A DNA stretch of 64,000 nt from Candidatus Thorarchaeota archaeon (GTDB lineage: Archaea; Asgardarchaeota; Thorarchaeia; Thorarchaeales; Thorarchaeaceae), in contig DXJO01000010.1 in NCBI GenBank assembly GCA_019057475.1, positions 192,001-256,000 of the forward strand, given 5' to 3'. Below the pieces are notes generated by a model. That model had not been told where the DNA came from. It ran no database searches and saw only the letters and a program-made list of their open reading frames with translations. This document shows, one piece after another, positions 47,957 to 58,139 of the stretch (within the stretch, counting starts at the first letter, position 1; each line of letters opens with the position of its first letter). The position numbers were made by a program, and so were the translations under genes.

Positions 47957-49141
47957 CTAGAAGTCGATAGGCTTGCCTGTCCACATGTAGTTGTAGATCT
48001 TTTCAATCGTGTCGCTACCCACGTCGCGGGGGTTCATGGTTATGCTGGAGTCCATCATCGTGAACTTGACTAGTTTCTCCATTCCATCCTTTAGCTGCTT
48101 CTTCTTGATACCGGCCTTCTTGAAGCTCTGAGGAGCTCCAATCTCAGCCATCAAATCCCGTATCTTCTGTGCAAAAGCTATTGAAGCCTTCACATGATTC
48201 TTAATTCTGATGCCAACAAGCGCCGCCAATTCGAAGTAATACATCGCTGCTTCAGGACTGGCAGTGCAATTGTATTCGATCGTGTACGGCAAAGCCATGC
48301 CTACAGCCATTCCGTGTTGCATCCGATGAACAGAGCCCATGCAGTGCCCAAGAGAGTGGGCGAGTGCGACCTGAGAGTTGCTGAATGCCATACCCCCTAG
48401 ATTGGCTGCAATGAGCATCTTCTCTCGAGCTTCCAAGTCTTCAAGGTTTCCGACAGACTTCGGCAGCCATTCAAAGACCAACTTGACTGCCTTCATGCTG
48501 CAGGCATCTGAGAAGTCGTTCTTCCAGAATGACACATACGCCTCAACCGCATGGGTTAGCGCGTCCATTCCTGTGTATGCTGTCAGTGCTTTTGGGAGTC
48601 CTTTGACAAACTCAGGCTCTAAGATAGCAATATCGGGCACCAGTTCTCTGTTGTTAGTTGCGAACTTCCGACCAGTTTCGTCCTCTCTGATGACAACCGC
48701 TCCCGTTGCGTCTGAGCCTGTACCCGCAGTGGTTGGGATGCAAATCAGTCTGGCCTTGTTCCGAAGCCCGATTGGCTGGAGTGGTGTAACTGCTTCCAAC
48801 TCTGTTTCAGGTTGCTCGTAGAGGATCCATGCCGCTTTGGCAGTGTCCATAACACTTCCTCCGCCAATTGCAATAATCCAATCTGGCCCGAACTCGCACA
48901 TGGCCGATGCTGCCGCCTTAGCCACTGAAACTCTCGGGTCTGGTTCTGCACCATCCCAGATTGCCGATTCCCAACGCTTGGTCGCGAGGATTTTGCAGAT
49001 TCTCTCAGGATACCCCAGTTTATTCACAACTGGGTCTGTGATAATCAATGCCTTTTGACCTTCAAGCAGGTCGAGCTCATTTACTGCTTCTTCACCAAAG
49101 ATAACCTTGGGGGTACTGAACCACCAGACCAATGAATACAT
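47957..49141 (-). CDS. Iron-containing alcohol dehydrogenase
   Basis: GGGSVMDTAK, IPTTAGTGS, GMDALTHAVEAY, HSLGH and HG. Confidence 0.93.
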   Translation of the reverse strand: MYSLVWWFSTPKVIFGEEAVNELDLLEGQKALIITDPVVNKLGYPERICKILATKRWESAIWDGAEPDPRVSVAKAAASAMCEFGPDWIIAIGGGSVMDTAKAAWILYEQPETELEAVTPLQPIGLRNKARLICIPTTAGTGSDATGAVVIREDETGRKFATNNRELVPDIAILEPEFVKGLPKALTAYTGMDALTHAVEAYVSFWKNDFSDACSMKAVKLVFEWLPKSVGNLEDLEAREKMLIAANLGGMAFSNSQVALAHSLGHCMGSVHRMQHGMAVGMALPYTIEYNCTASPEAAMYYFELAALVGIRIKNHVKASIAFAQKIRDLMAEIGAPQSFKKAGIKKKQLKDGMEKLVKFTMMDSSITMNPRDVGSDTIEKIYNYMWTGKPIDF

Positions 49142-49225
49142 CTCCTATATCTTATGCAGCCTAACAGACTGCATTGCGACGTCTACGTGTGAGGTGTCGC
49201 TGAACTCCCCTTTAAGGCCGTCGAA

Positions 49226-50323
49226 TCACTTTCCTAACACTTTGCCGGGAACAGTTTCAAGCAACATCTTTGCTTCAGTCATAATGTCGTTGATGAGGTC
49301 TGCTGTTGTTGGCAGGTCGTGTATCCGCCCCACGACCTCGCCGCCAAACATCAATGCGGTGTCCTCTTTGCCATCCATTAGGTCAGTGAATCCCGAGCGC
49401 TCAAGATCGAGAATCGCTTCATTGGATTCCACAGGCTCTCCCAGATAGAACCGAGGCACATCCTCCAGAGTACGCTCTACGATCTCTTCCGCTCTTTTGT
49501 TCCTGATGAACCGCATTGGGCCAAACAGCCCACGCCCTGCAAGTGTCTGTCGCTCCTCTTTATTCACAACTGCTTGTTTCCACATAGGTTCAAAGTCACT
49601 CTCCTGAGTCGCTATGAACCGGGTTCCCATCTGAATGCCCGCTGCACCCATCATCAATGCCGCAGCTAATGACCGACCGTCGCAGAACCCTCCCGCTCCG
49701 ACGACTGGAGTTTTGACTGCCTTTGCGACAGCAGGAACAAGCACCATGGAGTGCACAGGATCCCACGATATGTGTGCACCTCCCTCGTGTCCCGATGCGA
49801 TGATGACATCCACTCCAGCCTTCTCTGCCTTCTTGGCATGATATACTGAAGGCACAACATGGAACCACAACAACCCATGCTTCTTGATTTCCGTCCATGG
49901 AGTTGGATTTCCCGCTGATGTGACAATCACTCGAAGCCGGCGTTCAATGTCAGAATCTGACTGTATAGACTCTACTGTCTGTCGTACAAACATTTCTGAA
50001 GCAAGAAGAAACTCCGCAGCGATAGGTACATTTACTCCGAAGACACCACCTGAGCTTTTTGTTCCGTTTGCGACCGCCTTTATCGACTTCTCGAGAATCA
50101 CCATCGGAGGGTCTGAATCTGAACCAAAGAGTCGCTTGGCGTCAATGGGCGCCGCTTCTGGGAGAAGGGTTGCAGCCATCCCGATGCTGCTAATCATTCC
50201 GAGAGCGCCAGCATTCGCGACAGCAATTGCCAAGCTCTCTGTCTTGTAAGGCCCCATTCCACCTTGAAGTATCGGATACTTAATGCCAAGGATGTCACAG
50301 AGCTCAGTGTTTACGCGGGACAT
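49226..50323 (-). CDS. Nitronate monooxygenase / FabK-like FMN oxidoreductase
   Basis: LGIKYPILQGGM, GHEGGAH, PVVGAGG..DG and GIQMGTRFIAT.ES. Start MSRV 50323 (ORF track 50389). Confidence 0.88.
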   Translation of the reverse strand: MSRVNTELCDILGIKYPILQGGMGPYKTESLAIAVANAGALGMISSIGMAATLLPEAAPIDAKRLFGSDSDPPMVILEKSIKAVANGTKSSGGVFGVNVPIAAEFLLASEMFVRQTVESIQSDSDIERRLRVIVTSAGNPTPWTEIKKHGLLWFHVVPSVYHAKKAEKAGVDVIIASGHEGGAHISWDPVHSMVLVPAVAKAVKTPVVGAGGFCDGRSLAAALMMGAAGIQMGTRFIATQESDFEPMWKQAVVNKEERQTLAGRGLFGPMRFIRNKRAEEIVERTLEDVPRFYLGEPVESNEAILDLERSGFTDLMDGKEDTALMFGGEVVGRIHDLPTTADLINDIMTEAKMLLETVPGKVLGK

Positions 50324-50463
50324 GTTTCCAAAGGATAGCAGGCCTAAATTTAAGCATGTCATTCGGCATGGTGCCTTCGTCACAGCCATGCAAGACTACC
50401 GATCTTACCGTCACGAACCAATCTCATGTTCATAGTACGAGGAGTTCATTTTTCTACCGAGCA

Positions 50464-53400
50464 CTAGAGCTCTTCATCCACTGGTGGCAGAAGGGCTTCG
50501 AGTGCAGACTTGGAGAGTTTCCCGAGTTCTTCCACTCCAACCGCTTCCTTGATTTCTGGAGGTAGGAGATTGATTAGGTCCCTCTTCGTTAACCGCTTCT
50601 TGAGCCTAGTTTTCGACTCTTCAGTTTCGGGTTCGACGTCGGGCTCTGACTCGAGAATCGCTTCTTCCACTGGTTCGATTTTAAGCGTATCAAGGCTCAC
50701 CTCATCAATCACCGGCACAATCTCAGCGCCTTCGTCAGCAATCTTGGAGAGCGATTTCTCCCTGGTATGCCTACCACGCATGATTGTCGATACTCTTGAA
50801 ACCCCCTTCGCCATCCTTGAAGATACGAAGGGAACGATTACTAGGAACACCACAGGCATTAGCACGATGACACCCAGAGAGTAGCTTCTCAGGAAGTCCA
50901 TGGTGAGTACCGTAGTTCCAGTGAGAACTACAAGGAACATGAAGAACTTCATACGTATAGATGAACTCATCTTCTCCACAAGGTCAACGCACTCTTGTTC
51001 CACAACAACTGGTGGTGTCCCCAATACAGCCATCTCTTGGATTCGCATGAGTCCCTTGCCAATCTCCCTGTAGAGGTTCAATACGACTACAACTATTGAC
51101 GAGATATATGCGGCGAATATTGTGAGCATTATGGTAGGAATGGCAACTTCGCCAAAGTGAAAGACATTCTGCAGCACGTAGAATTCCAGCCACTCGATGT
51201 GCTTACCCCACTCGAATATCTGTACGATTACAATGGGAACGAATATCAGATGCCAGAGTCCAAGAATCATCCGTTTCTTGCCAATTTTCTGTGTGCTTCG
51301 GATTGTTGAGCTTGCGTCTCTGTATAGCCAGATGCCGTACAATATGAGTGAAATACCAAGAAGCAAGATGCTTTCTGCCACTGCAAGGCCATAATCCCCG
51401 GCTCCTGCAGATAAGTAGGAATGAAGAACTGTCAATCCGGCCATGCCCACGACACCAAGATAGAGGTAGTCCAATTTTCGGATTCCCTGTATCAGTATCT
51501 CCTGGGTTCCTCTAGTGATCGACAATCCGGATGAGATTCTGAAGTAGACAAGCATTCCAAGGAAGCTGACTAGGAACGAGATTGCAGCAAGGTAGCCAAA
51601 TGATTCGGCATCTAGTGATAACTGTGGAACTGCCACAACTATATTGACCGCTGCCTCGTCTTGGTTGGCGATGCATGTTGCTCCGTGAGCTTCAACTACA
51701 ATGTCCTCCACACCAAAGCCCTGGTCTGCCACTAAGAAATTCACGGAGTACTTTCCGCTATTGGGTATTTCCACAGCATCCTTTGTTTGATTCTGGAATG
51801 TGATGGTAATGGCAAGATTCAACATTAGGTTCCCGTATTTGTCTGTGGCTTCAACTGTGATGTTGAGTTGCTCTCCTTGTTGAGGCTCTTGGGGCCAAAA
51901 TTCTATGCGGAAATTCAACTCGGCCAGGATCTTCACTGTTCCTCTAACTGTCGTATCCTGTGCGAAGTACGTATGACTCACCATCAGAGTCCAATTGTAT
52001 GTTCTTGCGGCCCAGCCTGCAGTTGGTACATTGTATGAATAGGTTCCGTTATGTAGGTCGTTCAGCATGAATAATGATTCATGAATGAGAACTGACACAG
52101 AACTATCATTCATGGCATTGCCAAGCATGTCCTTTAGTTCTACAACAAAGAGTACAGAATCATTTCCCTGTACGTGCAACTGACCTTCCGTTGGTGACAT
52201 CATTGTAATCATAACGTCACTCTTCACTGGAATCACAGTAGTCAGGGTTTTTTGGGCTATGTGTGGCCCTGAAACGGTTACATTGAGAGTATACGAATCC
52301 GGTGGCAACAGCGGAAGGAATGTCCAAGTCTGGTTGTAGAAGGTGGAGCTGCCCGATGTGTTATATTGGTTCCCAAAGCTGATGACATAGTCAAAGTCAT
52401 TCACTGGGTTGCCGTACTGGTCGGTGACAATGATCTCAAATGTCACATTCTGGTTGTTCAGAACCGTTGAGGGCTTAGTAGTCACTGCAATATATGCATT
52501 CCCTGTTATCGAGAAGCTTACAGCTAGCTGCTGGGTGTTCATGAAGCTCTGAGAAACAGTGATCTGTGCGAGATACTCTCCTGGCGGAAAGCTAATAGTG
52601 GCAACTGTGACCGTATAGATGCCTGGTGATGCTTCGACAAGCGCAATAGTGCTACCATATAGAACCAAATCGACATCAGCTTCTGTGATGTTGCTGAAGA
52701 TTTCATCCTGCACATGAACAACGAATTGGATTGGGTTTCCCTGCGCAAAGGACGCCTCGTCCGTTGGCGCAAGTATACGGGCTGATACAACTCCTTGGAC
52801 ATCGATACTGAAGTCGAATGTTGAGAATTGTAGATGTGTTCCGTTCAAGGTCATACCCAACCAGTACGCTCCAGGTGTGAAGCTCGGGTCTACCGTCCAA
52901 GAGAGTCTGTAGGAATTGGATGTCCCCGATTTATTGTAGACTCCGGCGAAATCAAGAGTGTAGTTGAAGTTTGATATTGGGTTTCCGTAGCGGTCAGTGA
53001 TGGTAAAGTTGAAGGTGACATTCAGCTTGTTCTGGACTGGGAATGGTATTGATGTCAATGCGACATCCGCCTCTCCAACTACGGCCAAGCCATGTGCAGT
53101 CTGCCCCTCGTGCAGGTAGGTATGTCCTGCAGTAACTAGAACTGTGTGTTCTCCTAGAGCATAGCCCACGGTGTCAAAGGTCACCGAATAGGTTCCGTCG
53201 CCATTGTCTTGGAAGGCAAGACTGCTAGGACTGATTGCTATCACCGTAGCACCTATCACAGGACTGCCTATCCAGTCACTCAGACTGACGGTGAGTACCG
53301 TAGAATCCGTCTGATTGACGACCCACCCTAGCGACGAGTCAATTGTCATATATGCATCTGAGTACACATAGACATCATAGATGTCAGACCTTGCATTCCC

Positions 53401-56400
53401 AAAGGTGGCGTTCACGTAGATGGTGAAGCTGTTGACCCCGTGAGAAAAGTTGGCCAAAGCAGTGACTCTGAACTCTCCAGCTGAAATCTGAACAGCAGGA
53501 TATATGACTCCGCTGACCTCAGCAGTTATGTTCAGTCCTTCTGGGACAGTGCTGTAGATGTCATAGACGAATACAGATATGTTGAAGTTAGATCCCGCTT
53601 CAGCGGTGCCAATGACGCTCACAGATGGATACAGGTCACCAATAACACCAAGATAGAACTGGTCAAATCTGCTGTTCTGCACGTACGTATGCGACACGAG
53701 AATCTCACACGAGTAGTTGCCTACTGGTAGGGACGCACTCTCATTGAGTAGATACCGTCCGGGTTCTATCTCCGAGAGAGTGAACTCCGTTGTGCCAAAG
53801 TCTAGAGCAACCGTTGCATTCGTGATATCATTGCCGAAGGGGTCTGTGATGTTCAACCAGATGGTGAAATACTCATCCTGGTTCACGAGTTCAGGTACGC
53901 TTCCCGAGATAGTTAAATCGTCTGCGAGAACTGAAACCGAAGCCGTATCAGATGCCGCTGCTGTCGCAAATGGGTGGTCCGCGGATGCTAGCACCGGGTG
54001 ACTTCCTGGAGCCAACGTAATGCTTTGTACCAATCTGTAGTAGGACTCACCCAAGTACTCTGTCGTGTAGTTTGTGCTGTCAAGTGCTATTGTGACATTG
54101 GCGTCCGTGACTTTTCCTCCAATACTGTCTGTTACGGTGACATTCACCTGGAGGTCTTCTCCCTGGGCAACCTGTGGCTGGACAAACAGGGTGACTGTAA
54201 GAGGCGACTCAACCCTCAGTGCGTTTGTGTGCGTTTCTGTGCAGGAGTCATAGTGCTGATGATTGACCGAGTGTGTTAGATTGACGAGCCCAATAGGCCA
54301 GTTCGGGACAATCGTTGTAGTGTAACGTTCCATCATGTCATCATATACTAGCCCCATCGTCTGCTCAGCCGTCCCAGCCCCAAACTCATATTCGACCACC
54401 AAAGATACTGAGGCGTCATAAACTGGCTCATCATACACATTCCAGACGGTCGTATTAGCCCACAGACTACTCCCCTGGATTGTAATGCTGGATTCTAGGG
54501 CAAAGGTAGCATTTAGTACGTAAAGCAGGTTGATGTTGCGAATTGTTGCCTGTGAATAGCGGGCTCGTAGGATCGGGAACGCCGCGATCTCCTCACCTGC
54601 TCCGATGTCAGTACTAGTAACACCAACCATGTTGAAGGTCATTCCAACGACTGCCCGGTAATCTACTTCTCCCTCGAAGCTGACGGCAGTCAACCTGTCA
54701 TCTGAGGTGGCGATAACAAACTCGTCCGCACCGTCGCCGTCATAGTCTAGTACAACCGTGCTCAGAGGTATTGCGTCACTGATGTAGGTACTCCACTGCT
54801 CCGGCTCTGGTTGCGCAAGGTCATGAAGTGATAGGTTCCCGTTTTCCTTGAATATGAAGATCTCCTGAACGCCGTCGTCGTCAAGGTCGTGTGGCACCAA
54901 CATTCTGATGTGATTATTTGAGGTTTCATAGACTGGTGCATCCCCGACCTGTACGGTCTGGTCATCGACAAAGCAGAGGTAGTTTGTAGGAGTGTCACCG
55001 GACCATGCTGTATAGAGGACTAGAAACTGCTCACTTAAGTGACTGGAATTCAGATATGGAAATATATCCATGGGCCAATCATCCACAGTACCCCCAGGTG
55101 ACACGAAGTCCAGTGTTTTGAGCAGTGTCGAATTGTACGCCTGAATGATATCAACCATCTTGTTCTCCCTCAATATGCCTAGCTGCGGCCGCGTACCTGA
55201 TATTGTGGCATAGGCCATTCCTACCACCAGTCCATTCTCGGGAAGATCGACATCTGTCTGTGAAGAGAGGTCACTTTCTACTCTGAATATGGAGGTCTTC
55301 GTGTCGTTACCTGCCACAAAGTGGATTTCATCTAGTCCGTCCTCATCATCGTCGAAGATCTTCAGAGGGTGGTAGGTGTTTGCTGGCGGTCTCGTAAAAG
55401 TAGCATTTTTCCATGACGTGCGATTGGACCCATGAAGGATCCAGAAGCGAGTGTGTGTGTCGTTGTATCCTGCCAGAATTGGGTCCAGAACTGTGTCGCC
55501 ATCTTGCATTCCCGTGTATACCTCGAAGCTTTCCCTGTATGTCACATTGTGGATTTCGAATTCGAGTATGTTTGTACCATTGGTAGCAACGGCTCTCAGA
55601 GTTGCAGTATGCTTTAGAGTTTCCCGTGTCACAAAATAGAGAATCTCTTCAGCCATTGACGTGTTGCCCGGAGCCATGACATGTCTGTGACCTTGGTCAA
55701 CGGTTGCGTTGTAGAAGTATCCGTCACCGAAATGGTCCTCCACGGTGAGAGTTTCTGGATTCGTGAAGTTCCCATATGAGTAGACGTTGAGATATGGATC
55801 CATGACCTCGATGTAATAGTCATAGTTTCCTGCCGTAAGGTCTGTTGTGATGTACAGGTACTTATCGTTGGGAGCCTTGATCATCTCGTTCCCAACGAAT
55901 GAGGTGACAGGTCCTCCACCTGTGGGTCTAATGAACAACGTAGCATGATCTATTGGGAGATCATCTGTGGCTGTTAGTTCAACCTTGAAGTAGCTGTCAT
56001 AGATGGTGGGGTGTGATGGATACAGGGGGTCGAGTGTAACGTCAGGGGCCGTCGTGTCGCTGAGAAGTATTGAGATCTGATCGGTAAGGGCCACCATATC
56101 CTCTCTGCCATCACCGTCTATGTCGAATGTCAGCACTTGGCGGAATGGCCCGGGAACTCTGTACTCCTCATATCCGGTTTCGCCAGTGCTTCCTCTAATC
56201 AGTGTCAGCTGATCGCGAGGCCCCGAGATTGTTATATCAGAATACGTGTCTGAGTCAAGCCTTGCAGTCGCGAACCCCCTGAAGTCTAGGCTAGTTGACT
56301 CTTCCATAGACTGTCCAATCAGTGTCCCATCACTTCCATCGACCACCCACAGGAAGTACCTCATCCAAGGAACAACAACCAAATCCTCTTGAGTGTCCTC

Positions 56401-57390
56401 ATTGAAGAAGCCTGCCTTGACATAGCATGCGTCGTAGTACTCAGGGATGGGTGTGATATAGTGGAGCGTCATGTTCGCATGATATGAAGCAAGGAAGCTC
56501 TTCACGCCCATCAGACTCATGACTGTGACCGCAAAATGGTCTAGCTCGTCATCATACGCGTAACTTGCGAGGTCAACACCCTCCACATGAGCTGAAGACG
56601 AAACACCTCCCAGTCTGGTGCCATTGCCAGCTATCACCGTGACGTTGGCTATGGGTTGAGACAATATATCGAACGTGTTATAGAGTATAGCAATCTCCTG
56701 TTGGTTGCTTGCAGAGAAGTTCCCCACACAGGCCCGCTTGATACGGCCAAAGGGATTGTAGACGCCCAGTTCACTACCATCCGTGAGGTCCATGATTCGG
56801 ACTGTATGGTCGTTGTAGACTGCAACATCAGTCTGACCATCATCGCTGAAGTTTCCGATTACTATCTCAATGGGGTCGATGACATCGCAGAAATGCCCCG
56901 TGACAGTGCCAGCGTCGAAGTCCACCACTACAAGATTCAAGAGAGTGGAGTTGTGCTGCATAAACAGGAACTCGGTGTAGCCATCACCATCAAGGTCTGC
57001 CCCAGTCAGAGTATTATGAAACACATATCCGCCTGAGATTACCAACGAATCGTTGGTCAGAGTGATGGGGTCCTTGAAGCGGATAGTATCCCCATGGACG
57101 TAGGCGTATCCCGACCCTTGTGGTGTTGTACCAACAGCAATTGACTCAACTGGATATGGTAGCTTGACTTTGATTAGGTTTGATGCAGGAGTCATGTAAC
57201 CATCATTCAACATAGGTGTCGCTCTTGCTCCTTCGGATATCGGAGATGTCGCAAGGAGCGGTGCTGCCAATAACAATAGTAAAAACGCGAGGAAGCCTAG
57301 CTTAACAACTAAGACATCTTGCTTTGAGTATTGACGTGCAATCGGTCTGCGGCTGCTCGTTGAAAATGTCTGGTGCATTACTAGTACCAC
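50464..57390 (-). CDS. Giant cell-surface protein: signal peptide, two FG-GAP/VCBS-type beta-propellers, Ig-like repeats, about 7 TM helices, cytoplasmic tail
   Basis: Hydrophobic N-terminal segment, repeated DxDxDG Ca-binding loops, about 100-aa beta-sandwich repeats (.TD.YGNP...., GxY), many N-x-S/T sequons and a C-terminal polytopic region. Confidence 0.85.
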   Translation of the reverse strand: MVLVMHQTFSTSSRRPIARQYSKQDVLVVKLGFLAFLLLLLAAPLLATSPISEGARATPMLNDGYMTPASNLIKVKLPYPVESIAVGTTPQGSGYAYVHGDTIRFKDPITLTNDSLVISGGYVFHNTLTGADLDGDGYTEFLFMQHNSTLLNLVVVDFDAGTVTGHFCDVIDPIEIVIGNFSDDGQTDVAVYNDHTVRIMDLTDGSELGVYNPFGRIKRACVGNFSASNQQEIAILYNTFDILSQPIANVTVIAGNGTRLGGVSSSAHVEGVDLASYAYDDELDHFAVTVMSLMGVKSFLASYHANMTLHYITPIPEYYDACYVKAGFFNEDTQEDLVVVPWMRYFLWVVDGSDGTLIGQSMEESTSLDFRGFATARLDSDTYSDITISGPRDQLTLIRGSTGETGYEEYRVPGPFRQVLTFDIDGDGREDMVALTDQISILLSDTTAPDVTLDPLYPSHPTIYDSYFKVELTATDDLPIDHATLFIRPTGGGPVTSFVGNEMIKAPNDKYLYITTDLTAGNYDYYIEVMDPYLNVYSYGNFTNPETLTVEDHFGDGYFYNATVDQGHRHVMAPGNTSMAEEILYFVTRETLKHTATLRAVATNGTNILEFEIHNVTYRESFEVYTGMQDGDTVLDPILAGYNDTHTRFWILHGSNRTSWKNATFTRPPANTYHPLKIFDDDEDGLDEIHFVAGNDTKTSIFRVESDLSSQTDVDLPENGLVVGMAYATISGTRPQLGILRENKMVDIIQAYNSTLLKTLDFVSPGGTVDDWPMDIFPYLNSSHLSEQFLVLYTAWSGDTPTNYLCFVDDQTVQVGDAPVYETSNNHIRMLVPHDLDDDGVQEIFIFKENGNLSLHDLAQPEPEQWSTYISDAIPLSTVVLDYDGDGADEFVIATSDDRLTAVSFEGEVDYRAVVGMTFNMVGVTSTDIGAGEEIAAFPILRARYSQATIRNINLLYVLNATFALESSITIQGSSLWANTTVWNVYDEPVYDASVSLVVEYEFGAGTAEQTMGLVYDDMMERYTTTIVPNWPIGLVNLTHSVNHQHYDSCTETHTNALRVESPLTVTLFVQPQVAQGEDLQVNVTVTDSIGGKVTDANVTIALDSTNYTTEYLGESYYRLVQSITLAPGSHPVLASADHPFATAAASDTASVSVLADDLTISGSVPELVNQDEYFTIWLNITDPFGNDITNATVALDFGTTEFTLSEIEPGRYLLNESASLPVGNYSCEILVSHTYVQNSRFDQFYLGVIGDLYPSVSVIGTAEAGSNFNISVFVYDIYSTVPEGLNITAEVSGVIYPAVQISAGEFRVTALANFSHGVNSFTIYVNATFGNARSDIYDVYVYSDAYMTIDSSLGWVVNQTDSTVLTVSLSDWIGSPVIGATVIAISPSSLAFQDNGDGTYSVTFDTVGYALGEHTVLVTAGHTYLHEGQTAHGLAVVGEADVALTSIPFPVQNKLNVTFNFTITDRYGNPISNFNYTLDFAGVYNKSGTSNSYRLSWTVDPSFTPGAYWLGMTLNGTHLQFSTFDFSIDVQGVVSARILAPTDEASFAQGNPIQFVVHVQDEIFSNITEADVDLVLYGSTIALVEASPGIYTVTVATISFPPGEYLAQITVSQSFMNTQQLAVSFSITGNAYIAVTTKPSTVLNNQNVTFEIIVTDQYGNPVNDFDYVISFGNQYNTSGSSTFYNQTWTFLPLLPPDSYTLNVTVSGPHIAQKTLTTVIPVKSDVMITMMSPTEGQLHVQGNDSVLFVVELKDMLGNAMNDSSVSVLIHESLFMLNDLHNGTYSYNVPTAGWAARTYNWTLMVSHTYFAQDTTVRGTVKILAELNFRIEFWPQEPQQGEQLNITVEATDKYGNLMLNLAITITFQNQTKDAVEIPNSGKYSVNFLVADQGFGVEDIVVEAHGATCIANQDEAAVNIVVAVPQLSLDAESFGYLAAISFLVSFLGMLVYFRISSGLSITRGTQEILIQGIRKLDYLYLGVVGMAGLTVLHSYLSAGAGDYGLAVAESILLLGISLILYGIWLYRDASSTIRSTQKIGKKRMILGLWHLIFVPIVIVQIFEWGKHIEWLEFYVLQNVFHFGEVAIPTIMLTIFAAYISSIVVVVLNLYREIGKGLMRIQEMAVLGTPPVVVEQECVDLVEKMSSSIRMKFFMFLVVLTGTTVLTMDFLRSYSLGVIVLMPVVFLVIVPFVSSRMAKGVSRVSTIMRGRHTREKSLSKIADEGAEIVPVIDEVSLDTLKIEPVEEAILESEPDVEPETEESKTRLKKRLTKRDLINLLPPEIKEAVGVEELGKLSKSALEALLPPVDEEL

Positions 57391-57642
57391 CTGATAGCTT
57401 GGTCCGTTTAGTCAGAGCTGTTTTGAAACGCCTCCTCCCTGCAAGGGGCTGACTATGGCATCAAACAACCATACCAATACTATTCTGAGCTGTATTTAGC
57501 GTTCTTCGGATGTGTATGCAGCCTCTAGGAAGGACATACGGTTAAAGAACTGAAGCGAAATCACACTAGAACAGGCGACTGTGTTTCAGAGTCGCGAATT
57601 GGCCAGGCATATTGTCCGACATCACAACGGGACTAGTGCAAT

Positions 57643-58083
57643 TCACTCATCGAGGAACTTCGTTGGCACGCTTGCTGCGGTTGACACGAGCTCAGCAGCA
57701 GCCTTTGTGTACCGCATGATTTTGCCCATGTTGTCGCCCTTACCAAGACTGAACTTACGCGACATTAGTCCCTTTATCGGGTCTATCTCTCCAGCAAATA
57801 GCTTCTTCCAATTGGCATAAGTTCCCGAATAGGTAAACTCCGCCTTATCGTCATCCTTTGCCATTCTAGCCTCTCTGCAGTCACCATGCCAGAGGTCTAT
57901 GTAGAGTTTCATAGGCTCTTTGATAATATCCCCGTCGGCGTTGACCTGAAAAATAAAATCGCCTTCCCAGTCGCTCGCAGCGTCTTTGTACGCGGCGTTT
58001 TCATTAAGCAATTCCCAATACTTGGCCACCCACTCTTCAGAGGGGAACAGAAGCTTCTCTTTATTCATCGCAGTAATCTCCAT
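57643..58083 (-). CDS. SCP2 sterol-carrier/lipid-binding domain protein (copy 1)
   Basis: FPSEEW..Y..LLN.N..Y...A.DWEGDF, DLWHG.C, and WKKL..GEIDPIKGLM..K. Confidence 0.85.
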   Translation of the reverse strand: MEITAMNKEKLLFPSEEWVAKYWELLNENAAYKDAASDWEGDFIFQVNADGDIIKEPMKLYIDLWHGDCREARMAKDDDKAEFTYSGTYANWKKLFAGEIDPIKGLMSRKFSLGKGDNMGKIMRYTKAAAELVSTAASVPTKFLDE

Positions 58084-58139
58084 TGTCTACTGTTGACTGT
58101 AATTGAGAATCGAGAGAAAAGCCTTCTGGCTCATGTGTA

